From contig NC_081332.1 of NCBI RefSeq assembly GCF_022539665.2, positions 2,852,001 through 2,916,000 on the forward strand: DNA of 64,000 bases, read 5' to 3'. A program made the translations under genes and the position numbers. The notes beneath the pieces are model-generated. The model was given only the letters and a program-made list of their open reading frames with translations. It was not told where the DNA came from and made no database searches. This DNA comes from Daphnia carinata (Eukaryota). Below, one piece after another: positions 52,029 to 63,600 of this stretch; the stretch's first letter is position 1; each line of letters opens with the position of its first letter.

Positions 52029-52099
52029 TATCTCGTGGCTCAATGTTAGAGCATCGGCGTTGCACGCTGAATGTCTGGGGATCGGTTCCCATACGAGTA
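52029..52099 (+). pseudogene. tRNA-like unit 3 (degenerate, inverted relative of unit 1)
   Basis: TGGCTCAATGTTAGAGCATCGGCGTTGCACGCTGA...TGGGGATCGGTTCCCA shares AGAGCATCGGCG with unit 1. The B box is mutated. Confidence 0.6.
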
Positions 52100-52801
52100 A
52101 AATAAAATACAAATAAAAAATTACTTCAGAAAACATCCAGGTATTACACGTTGTTCCTTGAATCTAAGTTGAAGAATTCCAAGAGTGTAATAAATAATAA
52201 TTGAATACTTACAGATAAACGATAAACCAATGGAAACAATGCTTACCATCAAAGCTGGCAAAAACGATAAAGGTGAATTGAGCTAGCTAAATAAAAAAAA
52301 AGTTGATAAATGTAATGTGTGAACACAGCGAAAATAGACAATGAAAGAAACAAATTTTGGAAAAAATATTTTATAAAAAAAAAATTTATTGACAATTCTC
52401 TGCACATTACAATTATTTTTGCAACTTTAAAAAGGCACAATAGCCCTTTCAAAAGTTGCCGTCAACCCAGGCAGGGGGAGACACTGCCTTGTTGACCCAC
52501 CGGGGAGATTACCCGGTGATTGGCTAAGAGAAGCCGGAAGAAGAGCCGAAGATTTGGAACATTTTTACTGGAGCGATTAACCTTTAGTTCGGATTTGTGG
52601 ATAGCCACGTCGCCCTCCGTGAACACATCATCGGACTAAGCGGACCCCCACGTCCCCTTTCCGGCCAGAGCCCTCCAAACCTCGGTATATGTTATTTTTA
52701 TATATACCGTACAGTAGGGGCATGACCCCCTACGGGCTTATTACGAGTCAAGGGGAAACGGGGCTACGGAAAGGAAGGGAGCCCAGATATGCACTTCAAT
52801 T

Positions 52802-53080
52802 TATGAAAAATTAAATACCGTTTTTAAATGAGAATCTGAATGAAGTATGGAAATTCCATGTAGTGTATCCAAACATAATAATGTATTCAGGACCTTGCCC
52901 CAAACAAGAAACCTTTTCTGATCAAAATTTATTGTTCATCTATAATAAGACAGTAAAACACCATTAGGCATAAAAACTCTTAATTCATATATATATTTCA
53001 TACCTTACATGATTCGTGAGTTGATTGCGAGCATATTCTTCTGTCAGAAGCTTCGGAAGAGACATTTACGATTTTCGTTT
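52802..53080 (-). pseudogene. Second, inverted paralogue of the last two exons of the 50082-51054 fragment
   Basis: The reverse complement aligns with ~50815-51054 and has the same intron positions. It translates MSLPKLLTEE (versus MAFPKLLPEV) and LVWGKVLNTLLCLDTLHGISILHSDSHLKT, with a stop and a frameshift. Confidence 0.7.
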
Positions 53081-54997
53081 ACGCTCACCATGGATGCTGG
53101 AGACTAGACATTTAAAGTTAAGACACTTTGCCCAATTCCAACAGTTTTGATTCTTACTTGTAAGTTGTTATTGCACGAGAATGCAGCGACGAAATCCGCG
53201 GTCTTTTTGCTGTTGACAAAAAGGATAGTCTTGGCACCACCGAGATCTTGTAAAACTTCGATCAGCTTAGCTCTCTTATCTCTTTTCGAGCACTGAAAAA
53301 ACAGCTGTTCAACATCCGGATTGGTGCCACCGACAATGCCTGTTGTGACGAATATGTAGTCTTCCATGTACGTCGCAGCCAGCGCTTGCACTTCATCTGG
53401 GAATGTAGCCGAAAACATACAAACACGACGGATTCCCTACAGAGAAACAAATAGTATTACATCAGTAAAATCTCATACTCAAAAGCCATCGAGAACATAC
53501 TTTCGGATGCATCGTTGGATGATTGACAATTTTTTCAACATTGGGACCGAAACCCATATCAAGCATTCGATCAGCTTCGTCAAAATTTAAAACCTGACTC
53601 CCGAGAAGTCAAATACTTCACGGTCGAGAAAATCATTGAATCGCCCCGCGGTCGCGACAAAAATATTGCACCCAGCTTGAAGATTTGACCGCTGATGCCT
53701 CGTGAGAGTTCCTCCATATATAATCACAGACTTTAAAACCGAACTGTAGGAGAATTTACACGCCTCGCGGTGAATTTGAATGACCAATTCACGAGTGGGT
53801 GCGACAATTAAAACTTCTGGCTTTTTCCCCATGGCATGAGACGCACCAACAACACCTTGTTCTAACAATATGTTCATAACCGGTACCAAGTACGCCGCCT
53901 GCATGAAAAAATGTAAAATTTTTAGATGACTTAATCAACGAATATCATGAAGGGTTTGTTGAGTATCTTAGATGCAATTGGACCTTTTAGTAGTCGCAAT
54001 CACCGGCGTGCCCACTCAAAATTACTTTTACTTCAACTTACCCAGTTCATACCGACCCATTCGAATCAAGTCAGTACGAGGGCATCAAGGTTTCAAAATT
54101 ACACAGCGTTAATTAGTTGGATTACCGTTTTTCCGGAGCCCGTGACCGCACAAGCAATTAAACCTCTTTTGGCAAGGATAACTACAACTGAAGCTTTATG
54201 AACAGGTGTTGGTTTTATGTAGCCAGAATTCTTAATGTTTTGAAGTAGTAGTTGGTGCAGGCCGGCTTTTTCGAATGATGTTATGTATTGAAGTACATCT
54301 TTTCCTGTAGCCTAAAGCAAACGCAATAGATATTTAAAAAAAATACAGTTTCGAGAAATGGCTTAGATGGAGGACGACTTTATCAAAATTTTTAAAGTGT
54401 TCCTACATAGAAGATGCCCTTAAACAGTTCCTTTTCATCACATGTCACAGCTTCTGGAATGAATTGCTCATGTTGCTTTCCATCTTCCGTCAATTCACTG
54501 AAGAGATTCGGGCAGCCTTTCAAGGTGTGGTCAGCTTCATTACACTAGGAGTAAAACAATGAACACTGGAACATAAAATATTTTTGTGAAGATATAATTG
54601 ATATTTACATCATAACAGTTGCTGCCACCAATGCTTCCTCCTTGAGGAAAATCCCTTGCTACATTGCCCTCTTCTTCATTAAAAATGAGCACTAAAAATG
54701 ATGTTTCTTTTGTTTTTTGTTTATCTCATGGCAGGTACGACTTCCACCACCGCCGCGACCCTCTTGTGGACAATCCTTCGAGAAATGTCCCCCTTCCCCA
54801 TACTATAAAAAGCACCAAGAAGTTAAGTTCGAACACATGTTTCGATATTTTCATCTTACTTTGTGACGTCAACGGACCACTACCGCCGCCCCCACCAGCT
54901 TGTGGACACTCTGGCAAAATGTCCTTCACACTGTTAAACAAAACCACAATTTAAAGTAATCACACTAGGAATACAAGAAAACACTTACCTTGTGACC
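53081..54997 (-). pseudogene. vas: Truncated, intron-containing vasa-like DEAD-box helicase pseudogene with degenerate CCHC zinc knuckles
   Basis: Knuckle remnants: EGHFAR.CPQAGGGGG, GHFSKDCPQEGRGGGGSRTCH. Helicase motifs: Q-motif region KPTPVHK (Q to H), ACAVTGSGKT, APTRELVIQI, IIYGG, ATAGRF, DEADRMLDMGF, FSATFP, VGGTNPDVEQ, LFVNSKKTADF, ending at SIHGER. There is a stop/frameshift just before DEAD (~53587), frameshifts in the knuckle exons and a mutated donor (~54724). Motifs V and VI are missing. Confidence 0.85.
53954..54090 (-). ncRNA. Candidate intronic box H/ACA snoRNA
   Basis: Located in the enlarged vasa intron (53899-54125). Hairpin 1 has a 12-bp stem TCGTACTGACTT/GGGTCGGTATGA with G-U pairs. 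It is followed by an H box AAAGTA (54028-54023), hairpin 2 closed by TGAGT/ACTCA, then ACA + 3 nt. Length is ~137 nt. Confidence 0.5.
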
Positions 54998-55620
54998 CTG
55001 GACAGAAAAAATGTAGAACAAAATGAAACAAATAAGATTATATAGAGAGGTCAAGAAGTAAAATCTAGCGAGGACGGTCTATCTAGCGAGTAAAGGTAAA
55101 CTAACTAAAGGCAGACTACACGCGTTAAGCCAATCTAAAAATATGCCTGAAAAAAAAAACTGTCCGATGAGCCACGGTTTAAGGCGCCTCTTGTGGACGC
55201 AAAAGTCATTACGAGAAATTTTATCCGCCACAAACTAAATGTTTTTAAACATTTAGAGTACTTATCCAAATGAAAATTTAACTTAAGAAAATTAATATGT
55301 TTGAGTAATATAAAGACGTTATTGTGTATTATTTTCACATCGCAACAACCAATAATGACTTTATATTACTCAAACATATTATTTATACCTAAAACAAGCA
55401 ATTATTCTCATTGCTATTAGAATTACATTCATTATAATTGCTGCAGCACAAAATGGAAAGTTAATAGTTAATAGTAATACTAATGAAGTTAAGTAAGTAG
55501 AATATAACAAAATAGTTATTGTATAGTTATATTTTAATAAAATAAAGTTATTAATTTAAAAAATTATATATTTATATGGCTAGAATTCGTAAAGTTGTAT
55601 TTAGAAATTAAGTAGGAATC

Positions 55621-55700
55621 TGGCCGATAGATGGCCATAGCTGTAAAAAAGAAAAAAAAGGCCGAAATTTTTTTTTTTTTTGGGGTAAAACGGATTGCCA
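55621..55700 (-). mobile_element. Inverted copy of the left ~85 bp of the 49602 element (possible right TIR of a 6.1-kb composite element)
   Basis: The reverse complement reads TGGCAATCCGTTTTACCCC-An-TTTCGGCC-Tn-...GCTATGGCCATCTATCGGCC, collinear with 49602-49687. It is followed by TA at 55701-55702. Confidence 0.7.
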
Positions 55701-56218
55701 TACTATGCTACTCAACTAAGACAAATAAGAAAAAAATCAACTATTTCTTTTCGGAAAACGTGAATTTATATCAAAAATTTTCTGAATTTCATTAAGGATT
55801 TTGACCCATAAGTTTGTTCTAGGTGATCAACGAATAGATTACACAATACGGAGACAGACGTACAATTGTGTGCCGATCGTTTTTTAAAGGAACACATGAA
55901 AACTATTAACATCGAAACAATTTTGGATCCGCTTTTTAAGCAACTTTAAAATATAAACGTAAAAAAAAAAGAAAAAGGGAAAAGCCATAACGACTAGTAG
56001 AAAGTATACGCTACCAGTCAACGAGAATGGAAATCGAAAAAAAAAACAGGCCTGGGAACTTGAATACCAAATCAGGAATTGAGACTGCGATGAGATGGCA
56101 ATAGTACAGACTTCACCGCGACGACTTCGTTAAGGGACTAACATTTTTAAATATCAGGTAGTGTGCTTTCCCTTTTTCAACATGAACTAGGAGAAAATTA
56201 TTTCCATACAAACTATTG

Positions 56219-59200
56219 CTAATTTTTGCCCAAAACTAAATCAACACGGATGTTGGGATTAGATGATGCTAGTTCAGCTCGAGCTCTTGCAGCGCTCTTG
56301 GCAACTTCTTCTTCGTGCATCTTTAAGGTATCCGAGTACAATGGGCATTTCGCATTTTTAGGTTTGGACGGTACCGGTGTGCTAGGCTGCTGAAGTGGAT
56401 TATTCGAGAAGTGGTTGTAGTCCTTAATCTGCTGACGGCAGATGTAGCACATGATTGCACCACATGGACAAACCTAAAGTATGATTTAAGAAATGAAACA
56501 AAACAATAAAAAGCGGAGGAAAAACGTAACAACAACAGCCTTACCATTTTATTGCAACCATCTGCTTTGACAAAGTTCTTTTTGCAGCTAGGGCATTGGC
56601 GTACCAAGGCTTCCGTCATTTTGGTCTCCACGTAATGAGTGAGTCTCTGCTTCATGGCAAATTCTTCGCACCGCAACGGTAAATGATTGGACTCACGACA
56701 TTGGCGACACGATACTTTACAGCACCCAGGGTTTTTACATGTAAATAAACGATCGTTCTCTCGAGGCACTTCGCAATATTCACAGAATGGACATGACTCT
56801 AGCCCTGTGATACGATGGAGTTCTGATTAAATACGGACTATCGACTTAACAACCAATGTTATTTAATACCTTCAATACCAGCAGCAGACACCTCTTCGGC
56901 CTGTCGCCTTTTTTCCAAACAGCAAAAAATTGACTTTTTTAGCACCTCCTAGTGTTTCAAACGGTAACATCAACATTTGAAATTTAGGAATAGTTCAATA
57001 ATATTACCTTGAGATCACGAAGGGTATACTCGGTGGTGCATTCAGGAAATAAGCATGGAACATGGTTTTTCATCAAACCAATTAGCTCTTCAGATTGCCT
57101 GTAACATTATTATATATTTACATGTATAACTAAGAAATTTATTGGTGCTGCACCTACCGGCTGACACAATTTCGACACACTCCATGGCCCATGGAACAAT
57201 AGATGAGATCAAGATAAGTCAGTTCATCCTCACAGCAAATAGGACAATCAAGCAAAGTTCCGTTGGCACGTGCAATAACCACCGCGTCTTTTCGCATTTG
57301 CTCTTTGTTCTTCAGGTAAATATCTATTTCCGGTTGTAGGGCGACAAATGCAATCTGGTGAACGTTTAATCACCAGTAAACGATAGTTCATTCGTGCAAC
57401 AAAACAAACACAGGAAGAAATATAAAAATACCTCTTGGATTAGAAACAAATCTTTTGCTGTTCCAGTGCATTCATGAGCAGTACGCTTTGTTTTCCTTTG
57501 ATTAGTCACTGAATTTGTACGAAGTTCGAAGTAAGCCGGAGTATAATGATAGTTTTTGTTGTGGAATACTCGGCGAATATTCGTTAAACTTGCAAATCTA
57601 AAGTCCTTTTTCAGTTGATTAATAGCTTCCTCACGATATGCCTGAAACGACACATGCATTACTACCCTGTTTCTATACTATGTGGTTTAGTTGAATTTTG
57701 TTTTCCGGATTTACCGCATCAGTGACTCTGCTGTCGTCTCTAAAGTAAGTGAGAGGGTTGTCGTAAAGTTCCAAAAATTCTTCGACTGTGAAGAACTTGT
57801 TAGCTAAAATGTTATATTCTTTTCGCCGATTGTAGTCAGCTCTTGTGGGGTATTGCATATTTCCCTCCAAAATCTCAGTCAGGAAACTCCTTATCCTTTC
57901 TTCGTCACCTTTATACAAAAGAAAAATAAAATTTCATAAACGGCAATAACATCAATGTTTAAAAGACCTTGAACACTGTTCACTTTTTCCTCCAAAAAGT
58001 CTGGATCAACGTCGGGAAGAGCGCGAACGAGAAATTCCACTTTTTCGTTAATAAACTTGTCGTAAACATGTTGAAACAAACGTTGATGTTCCGCTTCCAT
58101 TTCTACTGGTGGATTCCAAAGTATATCCTTTTTGGGTATGGTCAGAGTCATGTCTGATTTCATTGAAGCAAGATACTCTTCCAAACGCCAAGCAGACTTT
58201 CGCAACGTTATGAACTCGGTTGCCTTGAAGGCGGCAAACTTGACATTAATTGCTGGTATGGTGCTAAGCGTAGCTTTGTGAAATTTTACTGATGTTGATT
58301 CGAGGGGCTCTTTGGAACTCAAATCATCTTCCGCGACAGTAATGGGGTGAACACCATTCTGTTCACGATGCCTATACTTGGATTCGTAGCTGTTCCCTTT
58401 CTTTACTGGTATCTTAGCGACAGTAGATGAACTTTTTCTGGGGGCTGTGTCACGCAGAAACTGATCGAACATTATCTACATATCATGTTTAATATAAAAT
58501 ATATTACCTGAGGGTGGCATTGAAATGCGAACAGCAGTAGGTGCATGGTACGTAACTACACCTGCACGGACTGTTTGATCTACGGTGCAGGTATGATAGG
58601 AATTTATTACAATATTGTCAGAAAAAACATAACTTTTGGGAACTAACCCATCTATTCTGTTACCAGTTCAATTATTTAAAATTTCATTACCTGGATTAAC
58701 AACTGTGGCAGTAACAGAAACGCGAAAGCGATCTTCTCCAGCTTTTGATGGCGACACTCTTTTAGCTTGGCTTTTGTCTGTGGAGGCATCTGAAATGGGA
58801 CGTTTATTTCTGTTGAGAACCACCAAAGGGGCAGCACCAATGATACCCGACGTCGATGGTCGACCTTGATCAATCACTATAACTTCAGCTGCAGTATTAT
58901 CCTTCGTGACGGCTTCCAAATCAATAAAGGCTTCGGGATTCCGTATTTTAGTTGGTCTTTGCAACTCTTCCCACCTAACAAAATTTGTTTTTTATGCTGT
59001 CAGTAATCAAAAGAAAACATTTACCTTTGCTGCTGCATACCAAAATGGTGTCCAACTGGCAGATCTTTGCCCAGCATAATTTGTAAATCCAAAATAACCA
59101 AATCGACACGTTGATCGTCTGATTCATATAGTTGAAGAAGGGCGACTAAAATATCATTGTCAACCACTTCATTTAGGGCATTGGCACGAAGAACCTCACG

Positions 59201-59230
59201 AATACGCGCGATGTCTTCCATAAAGGCCAT
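56219..59230 (-). CDS. RNF216: RBR (RING-IBR-RING) E3 ubiquitin ligase, RNF216/TRIAD3-like
   Basis: About 11 short-intron exons. CUE-like LPDVDPDFLEEK. RING1 CPICCEDE...CSMGHGVCRNCV...CLFPEC. IBR CPFC...CKNPGCCKVSCRQCRESNHLPLRCEE. RING2 CPSCKKNFVKADGCNKMVCPCGAIMCYICRQQIKDYNHF...CPLY. Some N-terminal exon edges are approximate. Confidence 0.85.
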
Positions 59231-60608
59231 ATTCTGTGAAACATAAAAAAAATTTATTTATTCAAGTTTAGTCAGAATTTTTTCTTTTTTGTAATTAATA
59301 ATTCATGGCATCATTTGTGTGAAGCACAAAACTGAAGTATAGTCAAGAATTTGAATTTGAAAAGGCTAAGGACCTCCAAGTGTCAAAGATGATTATAATC
59401 CTATGAAGAAAGGGTGAATTTATGGTGTTTCTAAAAAGGGTTGACATTTTTTACTTGCAATCTCGAAAATGGCTTTTGAAAAACCGTTAGACTTTGAAAA
59501 AGAATTTTCTAGAATAGTTCTACTGCCCAGACACAGAACAAAACAAGGCACTTTATTTTCGGCAAAATAAAACCTTCGTACAGTCCCCAGGAAATTCTAA
59601 AGCTAGCTGTAAAATAGTTCTTAGTTCCTTCCTCCTGTTACCCAATAATTTCCCCCATAACCAGCACATTTTTCTCCGTTTTTTGTTTTACCCTATTAGA
59701 GCAGATAAAAAACTTGTGCACCAAAGACTAAAGTTACCATAGAAATATTATGGCAGAATGGTTTTCCCTGAAGAACTAGTAAACAAAGACTGTGAATCAC
59801 CCTGCAAGACTTATGACTATCAAAGCAAGATAAAAATTTAAAGTGTAAAATATTAAATGAATACCTACACCTAATCGAGATCATGAAAGACTCTTGACTG
59901 TCACTAACAAGACTACCACATTTCTTTTCATATGCTCCTAATCAAGTACGTTCTTGGAAATGTTTCTTAACACACGTGTTTGTTTTGGTGAACATTCTTT
60001 GGACGTTGTCAGATTAGACAACAACTACGCACACGGATATCTTATTTCGTCATAATAATTTTTAAATATATCGAATTGTTTATCTTACATTTTTTTTTCC
60101 GGGTACGATAATTCTTAGCGATAATGGGGCGAAGAATCCGATTTTCATTCATTTGATACCGTCCTAGAATTCGTGAGAAAATTACACTTTTAAACATGTT
60201 TATTTTTAATGGTACGCACATGATCAAAAAAGTTAGGTAATTGACAAATCGCTTATAAAGCCACACACCAATAATGGAAATTACAAAATGCAAATATAGT
60301 CGACTTGTTCTATAATATCGTTTGAAGTGCACGCAGAGAAAAATGCAACTCACACGATACTAGACATTTTCATCATCTCTCAGGATTTCCATTCATTCGG
60401 CGTCGCATCAAGCAACATCAGACAGGCAAAAATATAAACGAAAAAAAAAATTATAAAGTAACGAAATAAATTAAAAAGAGGACATGTTTCCGGTGGATAA
60501 AATTTTACAACGAATTTTACGGACATATACGTAATCGAAATGTAAATCAGGACGCATTTGATTAATCCCAGTATTTTTTTTCACTCAGTTTTTAACAGGT
60601 TCCTTGGA

Positions 60609-63600
60609 CTAACTAATTCTCGTCACCTCAAGCACTGGTAGAGGTGGTTCACGGGCTGACGATGACGCCGATTCTTGTTTGATGTTCTCTTTGAGGAAGA
60701 GGTTAGTACTAGTTGATTTCCTGGCTACTGGTGTAGTTCTCGGAGATTGCTGCGGTAGGTTGGGTGCCTCTGTGCTTTGTTTTTCCTTAACTTCTTTTCC
60801 TGCTCCTTTGGAAAATGACTTTGATACCCGGTCAAACACGCAATTTGAAATCATTTTTTACCAGTGGATTCGCTTGAAGGTGATTGGGCAGGTTGAGATG
60901 ATTTGTCTTTCAACAGAGATTTCATGTTCAACTGGACGCGATGTATTGTGATTCCTTTAGAGAGCCTTTCGACTATTTGACTAGGCGAATCTATGCTTTC
61001 AAGCTGCCCTTGTAAGCCTGGATGGGCTTCTTTCCAGTGCTGGAGAGCTAGTGTAGGCGTACCGAACAGCATGACGCAGTGTCCGCACTTCCATACTTGT
61101 TTATGCTCGACAACATGTTGCTGCGCTCCTGCCAATGAGATGAAATATTTTGAGCATATAGGACATCCGAAGCGGATTTCCATCACTGCAAGTTCCGGTT
61201 TAGGTGTTGATGTCTGAAATCAAAAACGATAACGCAGTGAATTAAAACTAGAAATTTTTGGAGTAAAAATAAAATTTTAGATCGAGGTAATAGACTGAAA
61301 TTCTTACAGATACCGAAGGTGCATTGCCGGCAGATTTCGCAGTAGGTGTCGTACATGTGTATCGCAAAGGAATGTTGCTTGGATGAGAAGCATGATGTCG
61401 AATGACCTAAAAATTCAGATTGGATAAAACATCGCAATTTTTCAGAATTTGTGAACGCAACAGATCCTACCTGGCTTTCCTGTTGAAATTTAGAGTTGCA
61501 CCATGCACAAGCATAAGTTGGTTGATTTGCAGATGGCGCTACTACAAAGACAGTTTGCGCGTTACCAGAAGTTATTGGGGCCGGTGTTTTTGGAGTTAGT
61601 TTTGGAGGCTGAGATTTGATTGCGACTGACGATGATGGTGTGGCAACAGTTTCCCTCGTTAGTGTCAAATTCTTTTCGACTCGGACAATCTTTGCAGCTG
61701 GCCCTGAATCTTTGCCCTGAACGTCGGATGTAGCAGGTTCCTTTTGCTGGTTACTTTTCACTTTGGATGTTATTCGGAATATTTTGATAGGGCAATTAGG
61801 ATGTAGGGTCTTAGAATGCAAGCGCATTTCTTCATAAAGACCAGGTTGCACAGGACAAAGTTGACATTTGTAGTAGATCTTAGCTGACTCCGGTTTAGCT
61901 GCAGTAACCTCAAGTGGGATGTCACATTCAAAATCCAATGGCAAGTCAGATGACGAGTGAATCCGTTGCCAATGGAGGTTTATGCCATGCTCGTTAACCG
62001 CTGAAAATTTGCAATGTTTACAGCGATATGGGTTGGGTGTTTTTGTCCGACCTTTTTTCAATTGTTGCAACTGTATAAGTTGCGTTGAATTCTCCGTTTC
62101 AGCGCCCGCAATCGTTAAACTTTCCATTTCATCATCGTCAGTCGCTGCAGTTGGCAATTCGTTGGTCTTCGAATGCTTTGATTTCTTTTGATGATTGATC
62201 AATGACTGTTTGGGAGTGGCTTTAAAACCACACTCCAGACATATCTTATTACCAGTTTTTGTGCTGTCACTCGCATGTGACGCCACCACATGCTCTTCCA
62301 GAAGCTGTGCGGAACTGAAAACAAGCTGGCAAGATTGGCAGTTCCAAGTCTTTTTAACTGGTGAAAAACTCGTTTCCGCCAAAGGTTCAAGATTCACTGT
62401 GATCACTATGGGCTTTTCGGGACAAGAGGCTTTAGACGCGATCGGCACTGGCGCGACTGGCTTCTTTAATTTGACCGGTGATTTGGTCGGAGATGCTGGA
62501 GCAGAGGTGGCCGGAGAAGCCGGAAGGCTCTTTTTGGCTTTGCTGACATTGGGAATAGCACCTTTCAACACCTTTAGTGCCTCGGTTTGAACTTTGATGA
62601 CTTTTCCTACCTACACGTCCCCAGAAAACCAAATAATAAGAGTTGAAACAGCGAAAAATGTTAACCAAACGACTTACCCAATCTTCGAGTGCTCGATTCG
62701 AAGTAATTTCTCGAATGTATGCACCAGAATTGGGATGCTGCTTTCCTACATGACTCAACGCCAGCGCACGACTCCAGGCTCCTTCGTTGCAGACGGAACA
62801 GAGAAACTTTTTGTAATCTAATTCCCTGTAAAGATGTATCTTCAAGTCACGCGCTTGGGAGGCACGATAACTGTTGCATCTTGGGCAGCTGTATTGGCCC
62901 GTAGAGGCACATGGTGTACCATAACGTCCATACACTGGGTCATCTTGCATCAGTGTTGTGGGAGATTCAGCTTCGTCTGCTACATTAATTTCCTTCTCAT
63001 CCAAAAGAATACCGCGAATGTGACGTAACCTATTTACGTCCTTTTTCCAGAGCGGTTCGAAACTGGTTGCGACTACAGGGGCCGATTCCGATTCGCTTGT
63101 GGCTTCGCTGGTTTCCACCCTTTAAAAATCCAAATATAACTTTAGTCATCAACAGATCGGCAATCAATTTGAGAATACAATTTACTTGTAAAAGAACGTG
63201 AGAACTTGAACATCTTGGTTTGGATGCTTTGATGCAAAATGTCTATCAAATTCAGACCGGACGTTGCATCGGACGGGGCACAAGGCGCACTTGTACTGAC
63301 TTTTCACGCCGTGGTTGGACTCGACATGGATCAGCATATCAGCTGCGGAAGCAGCCACTTGTTTACACAGACTGCAATTCCAAAGTGCTGTTTGTGCGCC
63401 TTTGTCCGCATTCTGCTGGTTGATGTTTTGTAACCGTTTAACCTCCGCATCGGTAGGATCACGAACAAGTATTCGCCACGGTGGACGATTAGGATGTTTC
63501 TCTTTAAGATGATATTCAATATCTTGTTGGTGCCAATGATAAAAGGTGCAGTGGCCACACTTGAAGAGCTGGGGACCATGCATTTTCAGATGACCACGGA

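Larger units (their letters stand above)
51059..52797. mobile_element. 1739-bp non-coding foldback/long-TIR element flanked by AATT
   Basis: AATT|GAAGTGCATATCTGGGCTCCC ... GGGAGCCCAGATATGCACTTC|AATT. Arms 51059-~51575 and ~52284-52797 are reverse complements with about four substitutions seen by eye. More diverged homology continues inward to ~51680/~52196. No credible ORF. Confidence 0.9.

Noticed and set aside
51675..52099. Functional tRNA genes (Thr-GGT, Ala-TGC)
   Set aside because: Acceptor stems, U33 or T-loops are non-canonical, so they are reported as tRNA-like pseudogenes instead.
55163..55205. Hammerhead-like string CCGATGAG-CCAC...GTGG-ACGCAAA
   Set aside because: Both core boxes deviate from CUGAUGA and GAAA, and no stems I/III or cleavage triplet are evident.
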